Assembly: GCA_030704615.1 (NCBI GenBank)
Contig: CM060731.1
Span: 57,536,001 to 57,600,000, forward strand
DNA: 64,000 bases
DNA from: Takakia lepidozioides
Lineage: Eukaryota; Plantae; Bryophyta
Reading direction: 5' to 3'
A program made the position numbers and the translations under genes. How positions within the stretch are numbered: the stretch's first letter is position 1; every line of letters begins with the position of its first letter. The notes below the pieces were generated by a model, which was not told where the DNA came from, did not search any database, and was given only the letters and a program-made list of their open reading frames with translations. Below, piece by piece: positions 38,718 to 50,883 of the stretch.

Positions 38718-41700
38718 ATGGAGCCCAACACCACTTGCATGAATGTTGTTGAAAGCTCACTAGCACCCCTCAGTAAAGGACCTTGTCAAAATGTTGATGC
38801 TGTCGGATTTTCGAGCACAAACCTCTACCTTGGAGCACGGAGCAGAGCTGGCATGAGTTCTTTAAAGATCCTTCACGATGGTGGGACAACCGCAATCGCA
38901 AGGTGTGGCTTTTTCTTAATGTAACGAAGAAGTTTGTCCATCCTGCAAATGTGGGCTCTTGGCTCCTGTTAGTACATGATTTGGTATTCTTCCTGATGTT
39001 TACAAGCTTCTTGGGAGAGTCAGCTTGGTCTTAGCAGGCCGTGTTTCAATCTCTTCCTGCTCAGCTGCACCGTGGTGGTTCTCACAGACCAATCCGACAT
39101 ACCTGACTACAGACACAAGCAGCACACAAGAGGTCCTTTTGGGTTGATGGTCGGTCAAATCCTCCATGGGTCATGACACAAGGTCAAGGACAATGTGGTG
39201 AGGGCACCTTCTACTTCGACCTATTTCAGCCTGTTTTGCCCTCTCATCAGACTCGGCCCTGAATTTGCATATTGAATATGGTGGTTGAGTGAATCTAGTT
39301 TGGAGTGACTTTGACCTGATACTGCCAATGTGACAACAGGAAAGTATCCAAAACAGGTAACAGAGACGAGGAGAAGCTTGGAATGAATACTTTTCTGACC
39401 CCAGTCAATGGTGGGACAATCGAGGCAAAAGGTGAATGCCTGTTGGAGAGAGTAGCAGACGCAATGAGCATAGGAACTAATGTGATAAGCTGAGTTGGGT
39501 GTTTCCTAGAACAAATCTAGGCTGTCATTGTCAGCTGCTAGCAGCAAGGCAAGGATGGCATGATTTGTGCAGAGGCTGAAGGAGCAGGGATGGAGTGTGG
39601 GTCCAGATTCATCCAAGAGGGCCAGATTTCAAGCACAAGATTACCTATGATTCGCTGTGGAAAGATAGCTACAAGAAACCTGCATGGGTAGATGGTCAAC
39701 TGGAAGCCCGCAGCAGCAGCGGCACAATTGATAAAATCAGGCACCGCTAATGAAGGCACCTTCTTCAACACATTTCACCCTGTTTTTCCCTCTTATCAGA
39801 ATCGGCCCTAATTTCATGTTGAATTCTGCAAGTTAGCTGGTTGAGTGAACCCTTGATAGTTTGGAGTGACTTTGACATGATACTGCCAATGTGACAACAG
39901 GAAAGTATCCAGAAACAAAACAGGTAACAGAGACGAGGAGAAGCTGTGGGAATGAAACTTTTCTGACCCCAGTCAATGGTGGGACAATCGAGGCAAAAAG
40001 GTGAATGCCTGTTGGATTACAGAGAGTAGCAGACGCAATGAGGATAGGAACTAGTGTGATAAGCTGAGTTGGGTGTTTCCTAGAACAAATCTAGGCTGTC
40101 ATTGTCAGCTGCAGCAGCAAGGCAAGGATGTATGCATGATTTGTGCAGAGGCATGGATAGCTGAAGGAGCAGGGATGGAGTGTGGGTCCAGATTCATCCA
40201 AGAGGGCCAGATTTCAAGCACAAGATTACCTATGATTCCCTGTGGATCAATAGCTACAAGAAACCTGCATGGGTAGATGGTCAACTAAAGGCAGCAGCTG
40301 CAGCGGCACACTTGATAAAATCAGGCACCTCAACCATGACCACAGGTTCTGGAAGAGGATCAAGAGAGGGAGTCCACAGTGTCTTCTGGCACTTCTGGGC
40401 ATGTGAAGATGCTTTGTGAGGCAGGCAGACTGAAAGAGGCTCTACAGACTTTAAACCAAGGAGGCATTTCAGCAGATTCAGAACGTATGTCTGTCTCTTG
40501 CATAAGTGCATCAAGGTGAAAGGCCTGGAAGCTGGAAAGCAGGTGCACACTCACATTATCCAAAGTGGATTCACGCCAAATGTTTTTCTCCTCAACACCC
40601 TTGTCAACATGTATGTTAAGTGCGGGAGCATCATGGATGCTCACCAAGTGTTCAACAGAATGCCTCAACGATCTTTGATCACGTGGAATATAATGTTGGC
40701 AGGATTTACCAAGCATGGGTGTGGTAGGAATGCTTTGGAGACCTATGAGCAAATGATGGGGAAGGGGTGAAGCCCGACCGCATCACGTTTGTGTGCGTTT
40801 GCATGCGTGTGCAAGCTGGCAGCCCTGGAAAAGGGCAAAGAGGTGCATGGCGACATCGTCAGAGCTGGAATTGTACCAATGTCATCCTGAACACTGCCCT
40901 GGTGGACATGTATGCCAAATGTGGGAGCATCGAGGATGCAAAGGGAGTGTTCAACAATATGGCTGAACGAAATGTGGTGTCGTGGAACGCGATGATCGCA
41001 GGGTATGCACAGCAGGGGCGCGGGATGGAGGCTTTGGAGACGTATGAGCAAATGATGTGCGAAGGGGTGAAGCCCGACCACATCACGTTTGTGTGCGTTT
41101 GCAGTGCGTGTGCAAGCCTGGCAGCCCTGGAAAAGGGCAAAGAGGTGCATGGCGACATCGTCAGAGCTGGAATTGTACCAGATGTGATCCTGAACACTGC
41201 CCTGGTGGACATGTATGCCAAATGTGGGTGCATCCAGGATGCAAAGGGAGTGTTCGACAATATGGCTGAACGAAATGTGGTGTCGTGGAGTGCGATGATT
41301 GCAGGGTATGCACAGCAGGGGTGCGGGATGGAGGCTTTGGAGACGTATGAGCAAATGATGGGGGAAGGGGGTGAAGCCGACCACATCACGTTTGTGTGCG
41401 TTTGCAGTGCGTGTGCAAGCCTGGCAGCCCTGGAAAAGGGCAAAGAGGTGCATGGCGACATCGTCAGAGCTGGAATTGTACCAGATGTGATCCTGAACAA
41501 TACCCTGGTGGACATGTATGCCAAATGTGGGAGCATCGAGGATGCAAAGGGAGTGTTTGACAGTATGGCTGAACGAAATGTGGTGTCGTGGAACGCGATG
41601 CTTGCAGGGTATGCACAGAAGGGGCGCGGGATGGAGGCTTTGGAGACGTATGAGCAAATGATGGGGGAAGGGGTGAAGCCCGACCACATCACGTTTGTTT

Positions 41701-43100
41701 GTGTTTGCAGTGCGTGTGCAGGCCTGGCAGCCCTGGAAAAGGGCAAAGAGGTGCATGGCGACATCGTCAGAGCTGGAATTGTACCAGATGTGATCTGAAC
41801 AATACCCTGGTGGACATGTATGCCAAATGTGGGAGCATTGAGGATGCAAAGGGAGTGTTCAACAATATGGCTGAACGAAATGTGGTGTCGTGGAGTGCGA
41901 TGCTTGCAGGGTATGCACAGCAGGGGCGTGGGATGGAGGCTTTGGAGACGTATGAGCAAATGATGGGGGAAGGGGTGAAGCCCGACCACATCACGTTGTG
42001 TGCGTTTGCAGTGCGTGTGCAAGCCTGGCAGCCCTGGAAAAGGGCAAAGAGGTGCATGGCGACATGTCAGAGCTGGAATTGTACCAGATGTGATCCTGAA
42101 CACTGCCCTGGTGGACATGTATGCCAAATGTGGGAGCATCGAGGATGCAAAGGGAGTGTTCGACAATATGGCTGAACGAGATGTGGTGTCGTGGTGCGAT
42201 GATCGCAGGATATGCACAGCATGGTTGTCATAGGGAGGTCGTGCAACTATTTGAAGGAATGCAAAAGAACGGCTTGAAGCCGGACAGTATAACCTTTATA
42301 TGTGTTCTCTCTGCATGCAGCCACGCTGGCCTACTGAATGAAGGAAGACGCTACTTTGATTCCCTGAGTCAGATCATGGTGTCACTCCGACAGCAAAGCA
42401 CTTTGGCTGCATGGTGGACCTTCTTGGACGTGCGGGACAACTGGATGAGGCAGTGGACTGATTAATAAAATGCCCATCAATCCAGATGCTGTGGTGTGGA
42501 AGGCCTTGCTTGGTGCCTGCAGAATCCATGGCAATGTGGAGATGGCTGAACGTGCAGCAACATCTATCCTCACGTGGGATGAACAGGATGCCGCAACTTA
42601 TGTGTTGCTCTCAAACATCTATGCTGCAGCTGGCAGGTGGGATGATACTGCAAAGGTGAGAAAAATGATGAATGTCAAAGGGGTTAGAAAGGAGCCAGGT
42701 CGCTGCTGCATTGAGGTTGGCAACAGGGTGCACACCTTCGTTGTAGATGACAAGTTGCATCCCAGAATTAAGGAAATCCATGCTGAGCTGAGAAGATTGT
42801 CTGGGCAGATGAAGGAGGCGGGGTATTGCCTGACACGCGCTTTGTATTGCATGATGTGGGGGAGGAGGGAAAAGGAATTTTCTTTGCCACCACAGTGAGA
42901 AGCTGGCCATTGGTTTTGGGCTGATCAGCACGACCCCTAGGACGCCTCTCCGTCTCATCAAGAATCTTCGAGTGTGTGGTGACTGCCACACCTCCACCAA
43001 ATTCATCTCAAAGATTGTTGGCCGAGCAATTGTTGTACGGGACGCTAACCGCTTTCACCACTTTGAAGATGGGATTTGTTCTTGTGGGGATTACTGGTGA
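38718..43100 (+). CDS. PLS-class PPR-E1-E2-DYW protein with N-terminal OSB-type PDF motifs (right copy; frameshifted as assembled)
   Basis: Same architecture as the left copy. GT-AG introns 38903-39087, 39432-39606 and 40001-40191 split the PDF motifs. DYW stop at 43098-43100. The 5' end is uncertain. Confidence 0.85.
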
Positions 43101-46100
43101 AAGGATGTTTTCTTGGAAAGATGCGAGTGTCTTGCTTCATTCATTGATCTGTGTAGCTACTCAGATCATCCACCATTTCCTGAGAGTATTGACCATGATG
43201 TATTGTTGAGTGCATTTCCTGTGGCATATCCACGGGAAACGATAGTGGCGTCTACCCGGCATAGGTGGGAAGTCAGCCCATAATTGCACTTGACTGAAGG
43301 GGTGATATTGGACTGACTTTGGTGACAGTGGATGGAAATCAGAGTGCTGTCCTAATTCTGGGTTTGGGTGGTGGAGCTTCTCCAAAGCTTGAAGATGGAA
43401 GTGAATACGAATTTTGATGAGCTTGATTAGAGGGGGCAGCCCTGTGCACAAGTTTGTTCAGCATCTTAAATTTGCACATGTTTGTTTGTTTCTTGTGGTG
43501 TGGCTTTGGATGGAGCCCTTGAGGAACTTGCATGAATATTGTCAAAAGCTATCCCACCAAGATCCAATCCCATGGTGGCTGCTTGAAAGTTCATATAGTG
43601 ATTGTAAGGGTATTTGGGTATGTTGTTATTAATTGATGCCGCTTGACTCCCTCACACCATAACATCGGTTTGTGCATGTTGGAGTTCAAGGTTGGGGGAC
43701 GGAGGGCACCCACTTCAGAACACAATTGCTACAGTTGGAGACCAGATTTGGGAGCATGTATGAAACAACTATGCATGGTTTCATGCAACAATAACTGCCA
43801 GTGTCCACAGACACAGGTCTCTATCGCCGGTGTGACTCCCAGTGTTCTCAGTAACTAATTTAGCTGCCAATCTCAAACAAGCCAAAAAACTCTCCTCAAG
43901 TCCCCTTCAAGAAAAGTGAGGTCTTTTTCTCTTGCTTCCAGGAACCGTCCAACATCCCAAAAATGAAGCTTTGGTCTGTCATGTTTGTTCAATTAATATC
44001 AATAAAATTACACCCAACTAAGGGATAATTTATGTGAATAATAAGAGGACGATAAACTTACTGCTCCTCCTTTGATCAGAAGGATTTGTAGCGAGCTGTG
44101 GTGCGATGCTCAATTGTGCATTTTCGTTCCTCGCATGCAAGTTTTGGGATAAAGTAAGCATATAGGAATAATGCCTCTCAAGTTTGCATTAGAGGACGGT
44201 TCAGGAATTAAATTGGGGGATATATGTATCCTAGCCGCATGAAAAATAAAATCGACTAAAAGGGAGTTGACATCTGCGAGTTTGCGAGTTTGAGAGCGGG
44301 AGGGTGGCGTGAGGTTTGCCGTGCCACCTGTGGGGAGCAATCCGCCTCCCGGCACCCATCTTCTTGCGCTTTGCACATGCCTCCATAAAAGGCACTTGAT
44401 GTATTCTTATACCGAGCCACCGGTGGGGATGGTCTAACCTCGGGATGGTCTAACCAGGATATATAACGTTTGACGGGCCGTGCTCACCGTGGAGATGCTC
44501 TAAAAGTCAAACGCGTAAAGCTGCCGTTGAAACAGTAAACGGTACTTGACACCCCTTAGTCAAACACCAATCAACTTTATGCGTTCACACGGACCAAAGA
44601 CTGCGCGAGAAGATAAGAGTCCGCAGGCCGCTAAAGCACGATGCTTGCGGTGGCGGTGCTTCCAGTTGGAATCAAGTCTTCCATTTCACTGCGTGGGCCA
44701 AGGAACCGAGTTACGATGGGCATCGGAGATCTCCAGATGGTGCATAAGACCTCGTTCCTCCCCAAGGACGAGCCAAATCGCTGTAGGAGCCCTTGCCCTT
44801 CATCTTGAGAGCCTTGCGTTAGACTGCAGGAGCCTTAGCCTGAACTTCTACATCTCTTCTATGTCTGAAAAGGTTGGAGCTGAAGAAACGTACTGGCAAG
44901 ATTCTCATTGCAGGTCTTTCCAGGATGACGTTATTCGAGATAGTACGAACTATGAACGTATGAACATTTGTAAAGTTAGTCTTGAACTGCCTTCACCGTC
45001 TGCTAAAAAATTGAAGTCAAGTTTGAATCTGGAGATCCCGTTTTTAGTATGTATGTACCGAAGACTTACGTTCGAATACGTTCTGGAGAACCCTAGAAAC
45101 TTCCTTCCTGCTTTGGAGGTCATTAGTCGCTGCTCAAGATACCTCCGACCTTCAGGCTAACGTTGACCTTCAGGTTTCCTCAGATCTTAAGGTTACCTCC
45201 GCCGGAGATGTCCATCAGTTCCGGTGCTTCTTCTTTCTCTGTTTCTACAAAGGGTTCTCAGTCATTTCTTACGTTCTCCTACCTTTTATGTACGCTGATG
45301 TTTTGGAGGGGAAAAAGCGTACCCCGTGTTCGGCGACGTAGCTTGCATGCCCCTTGCCTCAATTCTCACTCTCAAGCTTCAACCGTAGTGAGCGAGCGTA
45401 CAGCTGATCGACCCAGCAATCCATCAATTCTCTTACACATGAACGCAAGCAGTGCTCACCTTCTCGCCGTCATATGAGTACCAAGACTACGGAAGCCCCC
45501 GGATCACAACTTTCCTCCGCCCAAGAGGTTTGAGCTCAGGATCTGCATGTACTGCACATGCCAGTGTGGTCGAGCTCAAATTTCTCGTAAGGACTGAGTT
45601 CAGTTTTGCAAGTTTATCCGAAGGTGAGTTATCGTATTATCATTCGGTTGTTCAACCTCGGAGGCGTGTGGTTGCTGCTCATGGACTGAGAGTTATCCCT
45701 ACGATGACCAGTGACCAAGGAATTGTTGTACGTGCAGGTCCTGAGAAATTTGATGGAGTTATTGGAGTTTGTGTCCTAGTTCCATTGATCACGAGGGATG
45801 TTCAACATTTTCTCCACTTTTGAGCTTCAAATGGACATCCAGCTGCAACCAAGGAATAGACCTGTTTCTAACATTCCAATCCCTCTTGAATCAAAGGATC
45901 CGAACACCACCGGCCGCTTAGCATCAATTGTCAGTTCCAAGCTTGACCCGCAGTGAGTGAGAGTGCGGCTGACCCAGCGACCCACCTGCGACCCATTGCA
46001 GCTTTCCACATGAACGAAGATAGGACGAAGATGCAGCACTTGATCCGAAGACGAGTAGGTGGGATCGGAAGAGGATCGGCAGGTCATGAGCGTAGCTAGC

Positions 46101-46125
46101 TGCAGCGTCTCTAGAGATCAACAAC

Positions 46126-48861
46126 ATGAAGCTCTTCATTGAGGTCTCGGTATTGGTATGTGTTATTTTCCTGCTTGATATTGGCGACGCTCAACCTGGC
46201 ACTCCGTCTGCTCCATTCGTCGACTTCACCTACCCGAATACCAGCGCCAAATCTGAACCATCGTATCCATTTCCCAGTTCGTCGACTTACCGGCAAGGCC
46301 AGTCTAACGTTGAGATTGCCACTGAAAACTGTTTCCGATCACGGTCTGTACATGGAGTTAATGACTCGGCCGTTGAAGGAACGACTGGGAAATGTCTGCA
46401 TCCCACACCCATCCGCTTTAAGGACTCCTCAGGTTCTGTTTTCTCATTTAGCACCGTATTTGTGGCTGTTGTCATACTTGGATCGCCCTCAGTACTGCGG
46501 AGAGGATACGGAACATATGGTTCAAGGTGGTCAAATAATCTGGAAGGGTTTGCTTTTGCTATTCTTCCTGATTATAATATATCGGTAGGAGGCGACGGAG
46601 GATACCTCGGCCTGCTCAATGCCACTGGGAATGGGAACCCTCAGTCACACGCTTTTGCAGTGGAGATTGACACCGTCCAGAGCCCTGAATTTTCAGACCC
46701 TGATTTTTACCACATAGGAGTTGACATCAACAACATGAACTCATCTTCATGGGCTGGGATCGATGGTCCATCTAACTATTGGGACACAGACGATAGAATC
46801 ATATGGGAACTGCAAGTTTGGATAGATTATGACAGCTCAACACAAGCGCTGAGTGTCGCCATTTTGGACATCTCGCAAAGTATTTGTCCAGCCAAATCTC
46901 TTGGATTGCCTAATATGATGGATCTAAGCATACAGCTTGACCTTTCAAACGTTCTCAATGAATACATGTATGTGGGTTTCACTTCTGCCCGGTCCTCCTC
47001 TTACTCGGACACGCTCAGAGATAGTACGAACGTTGATCCTGATGGGAACGATTACCTCTTCGGAATCTATGGATGGAGTTTTAGTACGGCCAACTCCACC
47101 ACCAGTGCGCGGAGTTCCTCATTGACGTGTTTTCCTCGTCAAGCATATATTACTAAGAGGACTCTGTGGGATCGACATCCATACCTTGTCAACCTAGTGT
47201 CAGTCCTGGGTGCCCTGCTGGTCCTTTCTGTTATCTACTCCATCATCTACTCAGTCTATGTGCGATGGGATGAAAGACGGAAGTGGAGGTTCAACATCGA
47301 TGCCGATTTGGAAGCAGGTCCTCACACATTCACGTACAGAGAGCTGGCCCTCTCGACAAATAACTTCAGTGCGAAGCAGGCTTTGGGCCGCGGTGGATTC
47401 GGAAGCGTCTACAAGGGTTTCTTGCCCGGAAACCAACAATACGTAGCAATCAAACGAGTATCGCGGGAATCGAAACAAGGTGAGCGCGAGTTCCTGGCGG
47501 AGGTGACGATCATTGGCAGGATTCGGCATCGTAATTTGGTGAGGCTGCAAGGTTGGTGTCACGAACGTGGAGAGCTGTTGTTGGTGTACGATTACATGCC
47601 CGAAGGAAGCGTTGACAAGCTTCTTTTTGACGGCCATGCCGTCGGAGCGGAGGGCAAACTTGACGGAGATGTACGATTCCCTTGGGAGAGAAGGTAGACT
47701 CTTCCTCCCTTGATCACTATGCGCACAATTTGAAGATCCCAATTGTCCTCAAAATCAGCAATGAGCATGAAGCTCATTTTATAACACTGATTCGAGACTG
47801 ATTCACTTGTTGCATAAAATTGAATGTGTGCTGGCTTATCGTCAGATTCAAGATCATACGAGACGTAGCGTCAGCACTTGTGTATTTACATTACGAGTGC
47901 GAAGAACGGATCATTCATCGAGATGTGAAAGCAGCGAACGTGATGCTGGACTCAAAATTCAACGCACGATTGGGAGATTTTGGGTTAGCGCGGTCGTATC
48001 AGCACAGCCTGCTCTCTCAACAAAGCACCAATGTGGCCGGCACATTTGGGTACCTGGCCCCCGAATTGTATCACACCGGTAACATGAATCATTTTCTTTG
48101 TCTGCGCCCCCCTCTCTTTTCTTGGCTCCGCTGTGATCTGGGTTTTGTTGTACACCCTTGGAACGTTGTTGTCGTTACACTCTGTATCTTCGCTCCATGA
48201 TTCCTAAAAATGTAATCTCGGTTCAATCTTCAAACTTTCTGTCATTTCTTAGAGCTAATCCTCCATCTTTGACGAAAGGTGTAACTACAGCTTTGAACAA
48301 ATAATAAATATCCCGGGGAATCGAGTTGTAATTGCAGGGAAGCAAACAGAGCAGACGGACGTGTTCAGCTACGGGGTTTTTATATTAGAAGTGGCATGCG
48401 GAAGAAAACCGATCCATTACGACAGTTCCAATGATGTGGTCTTGCTTCTGGATTATGTTTGGGACCAGTGGAGTAATTCTCGTATATCGGACGCTGCCGA
48501 CCCCAAACTCGCCGAACTATATAACGTTGATGAATTGACCAAAGTTCTGTGTCTAGGGCTCCTCTGTACCCACCCTGATCCTGCCGCAAGGCCGTCCATG
48601 CGCCATGTGCTTCTCATCCTCACTGGAGACATAGCTCTTCCCACAGTACCAACATCGAAACCCCATATGGTGTTTTCTATCCGGCGCACATTATCAAAGG
48701 ACCTTGACACAACTACGACGGTAGATTATGACAGTGACCACACACAAGGAGAAATGGAGGTTCATGTCCCACCTAGTCGAGCAGGGACTTCGGAGATCAT
48801 TCCCTTGGAAAATGCTCTGCACAGCGACCAAATAAGTCTCATGCGGGCAAAAAGTGCATGA
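46126..48861 (+). CDS. LecRK: L-type (legume) lectin receptor-like kinase; exons 46126-47693, 47846-48078, 48338-48861
   Basis: Signal peptide; lectin motifs ([30 protein letters not shown]); TM helix; kinase motifs GRGGFG, VAIK, HRDVK, DFG, APE, DVFSYG; phase-consistent GT-AG introns. Confidence 0.95.
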
Positions 48862-50518
48862 AGGGACAAATTGCAGGATGCCAGGAGCTTATTAAGGGTG
48901 ACACCAGCTTATTATACTTCTCCATCTCGGGCATCTCCATAAGTACTCTCAGGATCATGTTGTCATAATCAGGGGAGGTTCACTGTTAGCACCAGGTCAT
49001 TGAAAACAGAGCGCATGTAGTCCACAAAGGGTACAGAGAGGCAAGGCCAGTTGAAAGGTAATAGGTATACATTCGGCAGTCTCAGACTTCAACTTACTGG
49101 CCCGGGCAAGGTATTGGACTGAGTGCGGTGACTGCAATTTGTCTCCAATTTGTGTACTCTGCGAACCCCTCCAAAGTTTGCATCTTCTACACATCTGCTA
49201 TATCGATGAGGCGCAGGGCTGATTCAGATCACTCCACTGACAAGTACAATGGCACCCGTTGAGAATTTGAGGTATGTGGTGTTCTCAAAGTAAAGCCCGT
49301 TATGTTACATGCGCATTGCCACAAACATTTGATGCCCAGAGCAAAATTTCTCCACGAGTTCAAAGTAGAGACTTATCGGGACGTATCCCCCTAAACGCCC
49401 ACCAAGCCCGTTTTGGGCTTTTGGGTTTAGAAAATTCTGAATAACTTTTCAGTTTCTCCATGGAATAGTGTGAAAAAAAATATACTGTTCCTGGGCATTT
49501 GGCACACCAGGATTACTGCCCTTCAATCTGCCAGTAGCAAACTCATCAGGCAAGCAAGGGGTTAGGTTGTGATGAAGGTAATTCTCCTTGTTTTATGCTA
49601 AGATTTCTCCATGTCACGTGTGTGAGAGAGAGAAAAAGAGGGGATTTGCCCAGGTTTGACCAAGTGGCAACATCACACGCATTGGCCAAAATTGGATTCT
49701 TTTTGGCTTGTTGGATGAGGGATCCCAAGGCGATGAATCCATGGTAATCTCGCCTCAATCCTAGTTGGTCCCTGACATTCAAATCTTTGAAAACCTACCA
49801 AAAAATGATATGTTTCTCCAATGGGCCTCACATTCAAGGTCATGGACACATGTCAACCCTACAAGACTCCTTGTTCTAAATTTAGCCAATTCTTCCCTTC
49901 TTTTTTTGGACCCCCTCATCTCATTCCTTAATACACGTGGCCTTCCTACATAGGCGCCCCACTCTAATTCATGGGCCACAGCTGGACCACTCTAGAATCA
50001 GGGCCCAAATGAAACTGCTCTACATATTCAAGAGTGGTATTTTCTACAGCTGGGGTAGAATTGGTAAGTGGGTGCAAGAGGAAGTACACACATAATGTGC
50101 GGTCAAGTTCGGCATCAGTTGCAGGTCAATTGACGTGCCATTTCAATGCTGCAAAATGTGGTGTCCAGAGAACCCCAACTGTTCGGACCAAACTTGTCGA
50201 ATGATGGTGTACTCTCGGCGGGTGGGGACGTGGGGACTCAACGTCCATATCATATGTTTCCCAGTCCTCATCACAAATAGAATCACCTTCGTAATCTTCC
50301 ATGGTATAAATCTCATCCCCCTCCTTCATAGGACTATCAAATTCGAAGGTAGGGAACCCAACAGCCTCTGGCAGTTTGGCACATATTGTAGACAACAAAT
50401 GCCTTACACCCCACTCTCCCAAGTCCACCACGTACATTTCACACCAGCAGGCATACTGTTGTAGGTTTCCATGACACAGCCAACTGCCCAATCAGTGTCT
50501 ATGGGAGTAACAGTCTCT

Positions 50519-50883
50519 GCCCCTTCATGAAAACATGACAGAGTACCCTCACTCACCATTCCCATGTAACGAAATTGTGTGCAGGAACTTGAGACAATGG
50601 CTGACCCCTCCATGTATTCTCTTGCCCTCTCTCTCTCGAGCATTGTGGGATGTCTTCCATACTATCTACATGAAAATCGATACCAAAATTGAGACAATTA
50701 GGCCCTTCATGAAGACATGACACAGTACCCTCACTCTCCATTCCCATGTAACCAAATTGTGTGCAGGCACTTAAGACAATGGCTGACCCCTCCATGTATT
50801 ATCTTGCCCTCTCTCTCGAGCATTGTGGGATGTCTTCCATATTATCTACACGAAAATCGATACCAAAATTGAGACAATTAGGC
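50519..50883. repeat. ~182-bp tandem duplication within a probable TE-derived region
   Basis: gcccttcatgaa(a/g)acatgaca...gataccaaaattgagacaattaggc occurs twice. Confidence 0.9.

Larger units (their letters stand above)
33380..43654. repeat. Large inverted duplication: arms ~33380-38360 and 38689-43654, 328-bp spacer
   Basis: Reverse-complement identity can be followed from the outer ends (gaggagtcaagc / gcttgactcc) to the inner ends (ggaacaacgaac / gttcgttgttcc). Confidence 0.95.

Noticed and set aside
36690-40420. A separate canonical OSB gene
   Set aside because: No SSB-like OB-fold is visible upstream of the PDF motifs, and the last PDF exon reads into the PPR frame.
34782-42217. Long antisense ORFs over the PPR arrays (e.g. 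40859..42217, 40743..41849, 35008..35856)
   Set aside because: Shadow frames: a stop-free antisense frame in one module is propagated by the tandem duplication.
33926-43100. U-to-C (DYW:KP/GRP/DRH) editing factor
   Set aside because: The domain has a PG-type box, HSE and terminal DYW, consistent with the C-to-U class.
44546-46087. ORFs of 86-204 aa upstream of LecRK
   Set aside because: No recognisable motifs and non-ATG starts for several; left unannotated.
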